This document shows positions 20,603 through 30,442 of a stretch of DNA of 64,000 nucleotides, piece by piece (position 1 is the first letter of the stretch; each line of letters opens with the position of its first letter). The DNA is from Candidatus Poribacteria bacterium. Lineage in GTDB: Bacteria; Poribacteria; WGA-4E; PCPOR2b. The translations under genes were made by a program, and so were the position numbers. The stretch spans positions 1,248,001-1,312,000 of the forward strand of contig OZ240245.1 of NCBI GenBank assembly GCA_965198175.1, read 5' to 3'. Below the pieces are notes generated by a model that did no database searches, was not told the origin of the DNA, and saw only the letters and a program-made list of their open reading frames with translations.

Positions 20603-21021
20603 CAGAACTTTGCCCTCTCTTTATTTCAATCATGCTTCATGCTAATTTTTGAGATTATCATATTGGCCCCTAGACTCTGTATGATTATATCGAATTTCAA
20701 TGTGCTGGCGATCAAAAAAGTACGGAGAGAAGGAATAGGAGCGGGGAAACTGCGTAATGTAGAATTTGCAAAAGGGAGTGGAATTGGTAGATGTAGTGCG
20801 TTGTATTAGAAAAGGAAGTGAATGTGTCTTTGCACTCCCTTGATAGAGATGGAGTGGTAGCTCAACTGAGGGATTGTCCGTCAAAAATTGGGTATTGAGA
20901 ACAATTCAGTAATAGTGACTAGCACACAACTATCAGCAACCTGCGGGAACCTCGTCGATTGTGCAGATTACCTGAAATAAAACAAACGGAAACGTAGCTT
21001 CAAAGCACGAATACTTGGAGA

Positions 21022-22227
21022 TTATTCATCTAAAATATAATTTTTAGGGTTCTTCCAACTTCTCTTCTTTGCATGATAGACACCGTAGTGCAAATGCGGG
21101 CCAGTGCTCACGCCACTATTGCCCACATAAGCAATGACTTCACCGCGTTTGACCGTTTTTCCTTTACGAACTCCATCGGCATATTTATTCAGGTGTCCAT
21201 ATACCGTTTCCATCTGTCTAGCCTCGTGTCGAATCCGAATCATCCTTCCGAGGTATCGATCCCTTGTGGCCTTAGAGACGACGCCGTCGGCAGCAGCAAG
21301 CACAGGCGTGCCAGTCCGCGCCCTAATATCTAATCCTCGATGAAATTGACGTTTTTTCGTAATCGGGTGGGAACGCCAGCCAAATCCCGAAGAATACCAA
21401 TACGGCTTCATCTTGTTTCCTTCGGGATAAACGTCAAGCTTGCCCCTTGCCTTATAGACTACGTACGTATGGTTGTTAGCACTATCGGCTATCCACCACT
21501 CACTATCTTCCTTTTCAGTCGAAATGGAAAAATCTTGAGAAAGCGATATCCCATTAGCTTCAAACGCCTGCCTCAACTCTTCTGAGATATTTCCGCCGTT
21601 CGGATCCACAGGGTTTTCTAGTCTGACACTGAAAAGTAACTGCTCTCGCACTTTAATTGGCAAAATAGAGGGCATTTCATTGACTGCTTTCACAGCGCTT
21701 ACAACATGATCGTAAATTGGTTGAATCTCGTTTTTCAAGAGGCGAATTTGAGCGAGTCTAGAGTTACTTGTGGGGGAATCGTCCGTTGAACCGGGGGCAA
21801 ATTCTATGCTATGGGTGTCCTGGGGTCGTGTTCTAAGAATAGATTCTTGTTCAGCATCTTCAAATTCTTCCGTATCAAATCCAGCTCCACCTTGTCCGAG
21901 AATTCCCTTCTCTGTACTAATTCCCAAAACATGTCCCGTTTTGTCAAACATGTCCCGTACCTGTTCCATCTCATTGTCTAATGATTCAAGCCAACTCTGT
22001 TGGTCGGTTTTAAGCAGTTCGTTTTCAGCATGTACGGATTGCAATTGAGTATGGATAGAGTGTACCTTGCTCTTAGAATAAATGCCATAGCCAATTCCGC
22101 CTAAGGCGCCAACTAATATAATACAGAACAGAAATTTCAATAACCGGAAAACACCATGTTCAATTGCATATTGGCGCATTGACCCGTTGTCGGATGACAT
22201 GACAACAATCGTATATATATCCTTCAC
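21022..22227 (-). CDS. M23 family metallopeptidase (TM helix, coiled coil, inserted small domain)
   Basis: SSGFGWRSHP, HRGLD (HxxxD), YGHL, GNSGVSTGPHLHY (HxH). Confidence 0.92.
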   Translation of the reverse strand: MKDIYTIVVMSSDNGSMRQYAIEHGVFRLLKFLFCIILVGALGGIGYGIYSKSKVHSIHTQLQSVHAENELLKTDQQSWLESLDNEMEQVRDMFDKTGHVLGISTEKGILGQGGAGFDTEEFEDAEQESILRTRPQDTHSIEFAPGSTDDSPTSNSRLAQIRLLKNEIQPIYDHVVSAVKAVNEMPSILPIKVREQLLFSVRLENPVDPNGGNISEELRQAFEANGISLSQDFSISTEKEDSEWWIADSANNHTYVVYKARGKLDVYPEGNKMKPYWYSSGFGWRSHPITKKRQFHRGLDIRARTGTPVLAAADGVVSKATRDRYLGRMIRIRHEARQMETVYGHLNKYADGVRKGKTVKRGEVIAYVGNSGVSTGPHLHYGVYHAKKRSWKNPKNYILDE

Positions 22228-22300
22228 GAAATTCCCCCCTTAATATCACGGTCACGCAACCTGGATTTTGATGATGACAAGTTTTGAAACGATTTTAGAA

Positions 22301-23300
22301 TAGACATCTTTCCAAAATAAGTATCCGTTTGTTATGATTTTACGTTATTCCTTTCAAACATCTTCTATTGTAGAAAGGATAACCATGAGTCAATTTGAAA
22401 AATCAGTAGCGTTATCAGATGAGCAATTTCTGAGAGCCGTTGGTGTTGACAAGGCAACTTTCAATGTCATTTTGGAGCGTGTGGCTGCTCATCTCGAAAG
22501 GATTCGAGATGAGCAGCCGATGAAGAAACGAGGACGGAAATCGGGGCTGCCATTGATTGACCGCCTTCTATTGACATTCACCTATTTGCGTCACTATCCA
22601 ACCTTTGCCAGGTTAGGCTCGGAGTTCGGTATCAGTGAGTCTTATGCAAATAAAATCTATCATCAGATACTTGATGTGTTGGTTAACGTGTTTTCGATGA
22701 AGAATCGAAAGCACTTGTTAGCGGGCAATCTCCAAACAATCGTCATTGATGCTACCGAGCAACCCATTGAATGTCCAACAAAAGGACAACGTGTCTACTA
22801 CAGCGGTAAAAAAAACGGCACACCATAAAAGTTCAATTGATTGCGTGTTTGGCGATGTTAGAACTAGTGTCGGTTATCTGCCGCAAAGGCAGCGTTCACG
22901 ATTACCGAATTCTAGAGGAAAGCCGTCTGGCAATTTCCCCCGAAACTGAGAAGTTGGCTGACAGTGGTTATCAGGGCATAGCCAAACGGTATGCCAACAG
23001 TTCGACGCCCATCAAGAAATGTCGGAGCAAGCCGTTGACTCAGGAGGCGAAGCAATTCAACCGACAGTTGGCAACACGCAGGATTGCCATTGAGCATATC
23101 GTCAGACGGTGTAAGATTTTTCGCATCACCAAAGACATCTATCGAGGCAAACATCGCAACTATGGGAAAACATGGAATGTGATTGCCGCAATTGTTAACC
23201 TGAGACACGCCTCCCCATGTTGGCAACCAGTATAGTTATTATCATCTACAAGATTACTGTAACTATAGAACCTGATAAATCTATTTTGGAAAGATGTCTA
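22301..23300 (+). mobile_element. IS5-family insertion sequence (ISL2-group-like), apparently complete
   Basis: Perfect 19-bp inverted repeats TAGACATCTTTCCAAAATA (22301-22319) and TATTTTGGAAAGATGTCTA (23282-23300); the outer TA may be the target duplication. Confidence 0.9.
22385..23235 (+). CDS. IS5-family DDE transposase, two ORFs joined by a -1 frameshift
   Basis: HTH region (YLRHYPTF..LG..FGISES), IDATE, YYSGKK then -1 frame KRHTIKVQ, HD, LADSGYQG, RIAIEH; A8 run at 22808-22815. Confidence 0.9.
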
Positions 23301-23327
23301 ATGTTACGATGAATGTTACGACACGGT

Positions 23328-23356
23328 AGTATAGCACAAATCCTAACTTTAAGCAA
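23328..23356 (-). promoter_or_regulatory. Sigma70-type promoter facing the IS and the M23 gene
   Basis: Minus strand TTGCTT-17 bp-TATACT with TG extended -10. Confidence 0.6.
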
Positions 23357-23586
23357 GCCGGTTGTTCAAAATAACTAAGCCACGAAATCGAAAGTCCTAG
23401 TTGGCCCACTTATTTGACCAAGTTTCCAGTGCGTAACGGACAATACGTGTGATGTGGCAAAGACGTTTCAGGAAACTCTACGAACCGTGCGTTATCAAAC
23501 TCGGCGGGTTCTCAATGTTCCTCAATCTTCAGCTTGAGCGGTCCAGTTGTTGTGCTGGGGTAGCATCTGTGGTTAGGAAACTAACA

Positions 23587-23615
23587 GTGACACATCATGT
23601 TTACTATGATATACT
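23587..23615 (+). promoter_or_regulatory. Sigma70-type promoter of the C25 peptidase gene
   Basis: GTGACA-17 bp-TATACT with TG extended -10. Confidence 0.55.
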
Positions 23616-23839
23616 TATAGGCATGAAGAGCGCTGCCTGATGGATAGATTTATAGTCTAAATTTGGTTAACAGAGAGAAAGATGTCAAGTTGGATTCAGT
23701 CTTATGGAATCGGGATGTTGGGTTGTGCATCATTCATGCGGGTGAAGGATCCGATTTGATAATTTCACTAAGTAACAGAGCAAGATATACGAAACGTAAA
23801 ATTCATGATTTGCGATTTTGAGGAGGAAAATATTACTCG

Positions 23840-26800
23840 ATGAGTCACTGTCATTGCCGGGCAGATATGAAAGCTGAAATCTACCAAATCGAAGTCCTCT
23901 CAGTTCCATCTGGCTTCTCCCAAGGGGCAGGCATACGGGTATTATTTCTACTTAATTTACTTTGTTGTTCTCTACTTTGTGCTTTCGCTGCAAAGGGCTA
24001 TTCGGCGGTGCATGCGAAATCTGATTCCAATGGGATAACCGTAGAGTTTGACCTACCTGAACTTACTGTTTCAACTATAGAACATCATGGAGTTCGATAT
24101 CGGTCAGTTCGCTACAAAGGAAGTGGGTTAACCAATGAAGCGGGTAGTCCCCAACTGCCTGTTTCACGTGTTGTGCTGGGTGTGCCGCCTAATGCGAGTT
24201 TTCATGTTGAAGTAACTCATGCGACGCACCAAACACGACGCATCTCTCGTATTTCTCCTGTCCCCCACCGTGTTCCGCAAACAGGTTCAGAAGGCATCCA
24301 AATCCTTGTGGATGAGTGGCGCGACGATGGTGCCGTCTATCAAAGTGAAGACGCCCATTATCCTCAATCGCTAGCACAAATTGTTTACGATGGCTACATT
24401 CGATCGCAACGGGTTATTCTTCTCGAACTTCACCCTGTCCAATATCAACCACGAACGAGATCATTGCTGATTCATCCCCGCTTGGTTGTTCGTGTCCATT
24501 TTGATTATGCCCCGACTCGCCCGCGCGCCTCAGGTTACTCCGGCTCCCCTACAAATCGGTCTATTTTCTCGACGAGATCGGTTGAACCAGTAGTGTTCGA
24601 GCGGATGTTCCAAAGGCAGCTCTTGAACTACGATGAAGCCGGGCGTTGGCGTGTCCCAAGAGAACAGCAGATTGCGTCTGCTCCTGCAACCCAGCAATCA
24701 ACTGTCGATGGGCGGTATAAGATTCTCATTGACAAAACTGGTATTTATCGGCTGACAAGTGAAGATTTGCTTCAGGAGTGGAATATAGATTTGAGAGATG
24801 TCGATCCCCGATATCTCCATCTGCGACGTTACCACGCAGAACACGGCAACGAGAGTCAAGAAATCCCAATATACATTCGCGGCGAAGCCGATGGACGTTT
24901 TAATCGAGGCGATTACCTTGAATTTTTTGGCTTAGATGCCGAGAGCAAATATACACGCTGGAATGTCTATTGGCTCACCGTGGAGCGGACACGCGGGAAG
25001 CGCGTCACAGAAATTAACGCCCACCCCGGCGATCCGAGGGCGAAGACCGTACCTGTATTTCGATCTAAGGTTGTCTTCGAGGAAGACCATCTCACCAGCA
25101 ACCTAGAGCATGTTTCACCTGAAGATGTATCACCCGGGAACAAGCACGGCTGGTTCGAGTCAATTGACTTTTGGTATTGGACAGGCATCAAAAACGCTGG
25201 CGACTTCAATGACGATAATCTAGAATTTCCGCTGTATGACCTTACGCAAAGCTTTGTGCAACCTAGAATTCGGGTTTTGCTGCAAGGAGGCGCACCCACA
25301 AAGCATGAAATCCTAGTTTCAGTGAATGGGATAAGGATTGACAATGCAATATGGTCCGACCAAAATGTCGCAACGGTCGAACGAACACTGCGCGCATGGG
25401 ACAATTTGCAAGACATCACCAAGAACGAAAGGAACGTGCTGACGATAACCCGGGTAGATACCACAACGGAAGATGATACCACTCGCTATCCCTACCATGC
25501 CTACATTAATTCCTTCGAGGTTGAGTACACCCGTCTGTTAAAAGCGGTCAACGATTACCTTGCTTTCTCCTCCCCAGCTAGTACGGAGCCGTATGCTGTT
25601 CGCAAACACCGCACGTTGGAATACACAGTTCAGAGTTTCCTCTCACCGGATGTGGAAATTTTTGAGTACGATGGCGAGGTTCTTACCGCGAAGCTGCAAA
25701 ACCCCAAAATAGATCGTGTGCATCTCAATCGAGCTGACCGGAATCGCCTTCGGCTAATTTTTCGAGAGAACAGCGATGTAGGAGTAGCGCAGGAACAAAC
25801 GGTATCTCTAAGTGATATTCCACACCAAGCCTACAACGCAACTTTCCACGCACCGGATTCTCACGATGCCAAGTTCCTTGCGGTTTCGCCCGCCGGTGTG
25901 CGCAGGCCCGTTCGTGTCGCATACGTTCCTCCTACTGATTTACTTTCTCCGTCCAACGGTGCGGACTATCTGATTATTAGCCATCCAGTCTTTTTTGAAG
26001 CGTCCCATAGATTAGCCGATTGGCGATCGACTTCCAAAGGCGGTGGACACCGCACGAAAGTTGTCAATGTGAACCAGATTTATAATACCTTCAGCAACGG
26101 CATGGTAGACCCGAATGCCATTAAAGCATTCCTGACCTACGCTTATAAGAACTGGCAACCGCCTGCGCTCTCTTACCTTGTTATCATGGGAGATGGGACC
26201 TATGATCACCAGGGAACTGACGAAGAGATTTATCTCGATCCTCCGGAATTGATAGGGTATATTCCCACACACTATATCTGGACAAGTTCATTCGGACGTA
26301 CTTCAATTGATCACTGGTATGCAACGGTGAGCGGGATTGACGAACTTGCAGATTTCTATGTCGGAAGACTCAGCGCAGAAGTGCCTGAATCCGCCAATGA
26401 GATTGTCGAAAAAATCATCAACTACGAGGGGGAAAGACCCAATGGCAGCTGGCGTCGTCAGATTATTTCAGTTGCGGACGACGAGATTAATAACTCCGGA
26501 GATTTCATTTTCAAGAAAAGCTTGACTGAAGTTGCACAGAGCCATACCTTACTCGGCTATGAAACGACACGAATCTTTCTCGAAGACATTATTAAAGAGG
26601 TTAGTGCAAATCCTGAAGCTTACGGCAGCAAATTACCTAAGCACGTCGCGAAGGAGATGATTATAAATACAATGGGCAAAGGCGCCGTCATTGCTCAATA
26701 TGCTGGACATGGTGGAAGAATCGTTTGGGCGCATGAAGCGATTTTTGACAACGCCTCAATTGACCGCGTTGATCAGACAGAGCATCTCCCGTTTATGCTC

Positions 26801-29800
26801 GTGTTGAGCTGTTACAACGGTTATTTTGATGCTCCTGGCGAACCGAGTATGGCTGAAAAGCTACTTCGAAAAGAGAAGGGCGGCATAATCGGCATGCTCA
26901 GCGCCACTCGTTTGACGTACGGCAGTGGCAACGATACCCTCAACCGAATCATCTTCGACAATCTCTTTAAGCGAAACGTGCGTGGACTCGGGGAACTCAG
27001 CTTTGATTCCAAAGTGGAACTACTAATCCGTGACGGGATTGGTCAGATTGACGTGATGATGGAGTATACGCTCTTCGGAGATCCAGCGATGAATCTAGCA
27101 ATAGCGGATTATGAGATGCAACCCGAGGTCAAGACAAAAACGGTAGCGCCAGGTGAAACGCTCAGAATCGCTCCAGGTGAGATTTTTGAGGTCGAATACG
27201 ATTCCGGACGCAAGCAGAAACAATTTACTCCATTGTCAGATTTTAACGGGACGTTACAGGTCAAAGCTGTATTTCCTGGCACACATAAAATTGTTGAGAG
27301 AGAGGAAGGGGCAGTGGAAGCTTACTCCGGCGATGTAATCGTTACTCAGGACACAAGAGTCAGCAATGGAAAATTCCCTGCCATTTCCCTTCCGGTACCT
27401 AAGGGTATCAGCGCAGGAAATGCCCATGTTGAATATTACGCTGAAAACACCTCGCACATTGCTGTTGGCGGCGATTCTTTCACAGTGCTTGTACCGAAAA
27501 TCCTTGACATACAGCCGGAGGTCGTCAGTGATACGACCTTCCGTATTTCAGTACAGGTCTCCGACGAACTTGAGAGTCAGGGAATAAAGGAAATCCACCT
27601 AGACTGGCGAAATCCTCTTACGCGGGAGTGGACGCAGGTCACAATGGACAGAGCCCCATCGCGCGGCGGGGGATGGTATACAACCCCGAAGCCTTTACCC
27701 TTGTCCCCCAACGGTGCGCCGATTCGGTATGAAATCATCGTGACTGATATTGATAATCACACCACAGCCTCTGATACACTTGAATTCCGCCCGTTTGTGT
27801 TCCCGAATATAAGAGCCGTAAGAACCCAGACGTTCTCGGATGGGTTGATTTATTACGGTTACTCATACGAAGCCAACGCATGGACGTTAAACGTAGACAT
27901 TGAACAGGTCGAAGACCTCGAACTGAAGGAAAGCGTGGAAGTTGCTTTCTTTGAAGGCAACCCAGATCTCAATGAAGATTACGTTGTCGATCACAATGCT
28001 AGGGTGATAGACAGAGTGCTGATTCGTCCCAATAGTTGGCAGCGCAGAAATCCGCTTGAACCGCACAAGACCTCAATCAACGGCAACGGTCAAAAGCCCC
28101 CGCTAGCATTTAAGGAAACACCGCTCAACACGAACTGGATAGCGACCGCGACAATCCAGCACGAACTGGAGATAGGCGTCCATGAAATTTTTACGTGGGT
28201 CGATCCGGTATTTGATTCTGATGTAGACACATCTCAGACAAAGTCCATACAGGGTAAGCTTCGTGAAGGAAACGAGACCGATAATATCAATGTCCGTCGC
28301 ATCTCCGTTCAAGGAACGGTGGTCGGCCGGTCAGATCGACGCATTTTTAGTCAGGATGGTGTCATCGATTTTCGCGTCCCGGCGCGCAACATCCCGCAGC
28401 CTGCTGTGCTGACCATTACGCCGCTGAGCAGCAAGGAACAACCCGCCTCCGCGCAGCAACCAACTCTAAGGCCGATTGGGCTGCCGAATGGAGTTGATAC
28501 GGTTGCCTACGATACCGCGCTAGAATCTACTCCGTCGGGAGACATTCAACTAAACGCGCCAATTATAGCGGAACTTCGTTTTGATCTCGAAGCATTACGG
28601 GCAACAGTCAGAGGTGAACTCGGCTTAACGGATATTTTCAATCTTGAACCGGATCAGGTTGCCGCCATTAACGAAGGGGCTGAACAACAAGCCAAGGAGA
28701 TTGGCATGTACCTTTGGCTAGAGGTGTTGGACAAATGGGTACGATTGAATTCAGAATTAGTGACTGCTTCTAATGCCTCCATGGAGCTTCAACGGGCTTT
28801 AGCAAACGTGAGTGAATCCAATCGCGGAGATGGAGAAATCAATGGCGTTGAAATCGTGCCCACAGGCGCAAAAGTGGGCAGGTGGGTATTGATCTTCACC
28901 TCTCCAAACACATACCGTCTATTGATTAGTGAGAACGAAGAGCCGTTAGAGATTATCAATCCGAATCGGAATCTGGAGCAATTCGTAGAAACGCCTGGAC
29001 GACCAAGTTTGGGTTACGAAAATGACCTAATTATTGGTGTGAGTCCGGGCGAAAGCGAGTTTCAATTTGGTGATGTGCTAACCTTCGAGATTGCGTTAAT
29101 TGCCAATGCTGAAGGTGGACCTCCCAGCCTTTACGCTTCATCGTTCAAGGAGCGTAACAATGGTACAGGTGCCATCCAGTACATTCGTCTCGATCCAAAT
29201 TCGTCCATACCTTCAGATTGGTGGGTGATTTTCTTCATGGATTCGAATCACTTTCAGGTGGAAGGAGAAAAGACCGGCATCCTGTCGCAGAACGGTCAAC
29301 CGATCACCGGTAAAATCGGTGAAGAGTTTGCTTTTTCTGAATTCGGATTGACGCTCAAGATTTTGGCTAGTGAGGAGGCTTTTGAGCCAGGCGACAGTTT
29401 TCGGTTCGAAACGAAAGTGGTCGGACGGGTGCGTGCGGAAGTCCCGATACTCGGCAAGTTAGCGTTGATGCGAAGCGACGATACAATCCCTCCAGATCTT
29501 CAATTAACCGTCAGCAAGCAGAATTTTATTGATGGCGATCCGGTTTCTAAAGAGCCGCTGATTCAAGCCACACTGACGGACAACAGCGGTATCGATTACA
29601 TCACCCGCGCGATTTCTCTAGAAATCAATCAGGACAACCGAGAATTTAAACCGATTCCGCAGATGGAGTATCGCCTGAGTCATCGCCCTGGTTCCAACCA
29701 AGTTGTATTGAATTACCAATCTCCTGAGTTAGAGCCCGGTGCATACCAGGTTCGTCTCACCGCAAGCGATCTTGAGGGAAATCAATCCGAAGAAGAGATT

Positions 29801-30115
29801 GAGTTCCGCGTGCATAAGATTCTTCAGTTGCTCAAGGCGATGAACTTCGAGAATCCATTTCGCCATGGGACAACAATTACTTGTGAGCTTACAAGCGCTG
29901 CAGATTATGTGACCATGAAGATTTACAGTGTGTCAGGGCGTTTAGTGCGTGAATTTGAAGAACCAGCGCCCGCAGGATTCATGATGGTACGCTGGGATGG
30001 GCTTGATGAAGATGGCGAAGAAGTGGCGAATGGGGTTTACTACTGCAAAATCCGCGTCAAGATGTCCGGGGAAAAAGATCTCACGGAATACATCAGGATG
30101 ATGAAGTTGAAGTGA
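23840..30115 (+). CDS. Large C25 (gingipain/PorU-like) cysteine peptidase with propeptide and C-terminal FlgD-Ig/T9SS-CTD-like domain
   Basis: Propeptide (GSPQLP..., ELHPVQY); GIYRLT, YLEFFG, NVYWLT; ADYLIIS, IMGDGTYD, VGRL, YAGHGG (His), LSCYNGYFD (Cys), YTLFGDPA; tail NFENPF...KIYSVSGRLVR...WDGLDEDGEEVANGVYY. Confidence 0.9.
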   Translation: MSHCHCRADMKAEIYQIEVLSVPSGFSQGAGIRVLFLLNLLCCSLLCAFAAKGYSAVHAKSDSNGITVEFDLPELTVSTIEHHGVRYRSVRYKGSGLTNEAGSPQLPVSRVVLGVPPNASFHVEVTHATHQTRRISRISPVPHRVPQTGSEGIQILVDEWRDDGAVYQSEDAHYPQSLAQIVYDGYIRSQRVILLELHPVQYQPRTRSLLIHPRLVVRVHFDYAPTRPRASGYSGSPTNRSIFSTRSVEPVVFERMFQRQLLNYDEAGRWRVPREQQIASAPATQQSTVDGRYKILIDKTGIYRLTSEDLLQEWNIDLRDVDPRYLHLRRYHAEHGNESQEIPIYIRGEADGRFNRGDYLEFFGLDAESKYTRWNVYWLTVERTRGKRVTEINAHPGDPRAKTVPVFRSKVVFEEDHLTSNLEHVSPEDVSPGNKHGWFESIDFWYWTGIKNAGDFNDDNLEFPLYDLTQSFVQPRIRVLLQGGAPTKHEILVSVNGIRIDNAIWSDQNVATVERTLRAWDNLQDITKNERNVLTITRVDTTTEDDTTRYPYHAYINSFEVEYTRLLKAVNDYLAFSSPASTEPYAVRKHRTLEYTVQSFLSPDVEIFEYDGEVLTAKLQNPKIDRVHLNRADRNRLRLIFRENSDVGVAQEQTVSLSDIPHQAYNATFHAPDSHDAKFLAVSPAGVRRPVRVAYVPPTDLLSPSNGADYLIISHPVFFEASHRLADWRSTSKGGGHRTKVVNVNQIYNTFSNGMVDPNAIKAFLTYAYKNWQPPALSYLVIMGDGTYDHQGTDEEIYLDPPELIGYIPTHYIWTSSFGRTSIDHWYATVSGIDELADFYVGRLSAEVPESANEIVEKIINYEGERPNGSWRRQIISVADDEINNSGDFIFKKSLTEVAQSHTLLGYETTRIFLEDIIKEVSANPEAYGSKLPKHVAKEMIINTMGKGAVIAQYAGHGGRIVWAHEAIFDNASIDRVDQTEHLPFMLVLSCYNGYFDAPGEPSMAEKLLRKEKGGIIGMLSATRLTYGSGNDTLNRIIFDNLFKRNVRGLGELSFDSKVELLIRDGIGQIDVMMEYTLFGDPAMNLAIADYEMQPEVKTKTVAPGETLRIAPGEIFEVEYDSGRKQKQFTPLSDFNGTLQVKAVFPGTHKIVEREEGAVEAYSGDVIVTQDTRVSNGKFPAISLPVPKGISAGNAHVEYYAENTSHIAVGGDSFTVLVPKILDIQPEVVSDTTFRISVQVSDELESQGIKEIHLDWRNPLTREWTQVTMDRAPSRGGGWYTTPKPLPLSPNGAPIRYEIIVTDIDNHTTASDTLEFRPFVFPNIRAVRTQTFSDGLIYYGYSYEANAWTLNVDIEQVEDLELKESVEVAFFEGNPDLNEDYVVDHNARVIDRVLIRPNSWQRRNPLEPHKTSINGNGQKPPLAFKETPLNTNWIATATIQHELEIGVHEIFTWVDPVFDSDVDTSQTKSIQGKLREGNETDNINVRRISVQGTVVGRSDRRIFSQDGVIDFRVPARNIPQPAVLTITPLSSKEQPASAQQPTLRPIGLPNGVDTVAYDTALESTPSGDIQLNAPIIAELRFDLEALRATVRGELGLTDIFNLEPDQVAAINEGAEQQAKEIGMYLWLEVLDKWVRLNSELVTASNASMELQRALANVSESNRGDGEINGVEIVPTGAKVGRWVLIFTSPNTYRLLISENEEPLEIINPNRNLEQFVETPGRPSLGYENDLIIGVSPGESEFQFGDVLTFEIALIANAEGGPPSLYASSFKERNNGTGAIQYIRLDPNSSIPSDWWVIFFMDSNHFQVEGEKTGILSQNGQPITGKIGEEFAFSEFGLTLKILASEEAFEPGDSFRFETKVVGRVRAEVPILGKLALMRSDDTIPPDLQLTVSKQNFIDGDPVSKEPLIQATLTDNSGIDYITRAISLEINQDNREFKPIPQMEYRLSHRPGSNQVVLNYQSPELEPGAYQVRLTASDLEGNQSEEEIEFRVHKILQLLKAMNFENPFRHGTTITCELTSAADYVTMKIYSVSGRLVREFEEPAPAGFMMVRWDGLDEDGEEVANGVYYCKIRVKMSGEKDLTEYIRMMKLK

Positions 30116-30363
30116 TGTATTTCGGCGACTTAAGGCGACTCATCGAATACGGCGCATCCCCGCGCGCAACCATCTATTTGACAATAGCTGCCAAAGCGCA
30201 CGCTTTCATACGGGGGAGAGGTTACGTCACGCCCCAAGATGTCAAGTCAATCGGCATGGACGCGCTGCGGCATTGAGTTATCATCACCTACGAAGCGGAA
30301 GCAGAAGAGATGACATCCGAGGATATTATCTCGAAAATCTTCAACGAAGTGGAAGTGCCATAA
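30115..30363 (+). pseudogene. 3' fragment of a MoxR-family AAA+ ATPase with an internal stop
   Basis: Translates MYFGDLRRLIEYGASPRATIYL..AAKAHAFIRGRGYVTPQDVK...LRH*VIITYEAEAEE...VEVP*; TGA at 30274-30276 replaces the conserved Arg of LRHR; Walker motifs absent. Confidence 0.88.
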
Positions 30364-30442
30364 GCGGGAAAGTGTTGTGGCAGAATGCGTACGCTTAGTT
30401 TTGTGAGTTGCAGTTCGCTAATGGATTCATCGGTTCAACATT

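Noticed and set aside
20850..20870. GGAGTGGTAGCTCAACTG resembles the 5' end of a tRNA
   Set aside because: No D-stem complement, anticodon arm, TTCG loop or acceptor-stem partner follows
30274..30276. In-frame TGA as selenocysteine or readthrough
   Set aside because: The position is a conserved Arg (CGA to TGA transition) and the gene lacks its ATPase core, so pseudogene is the simpler reading
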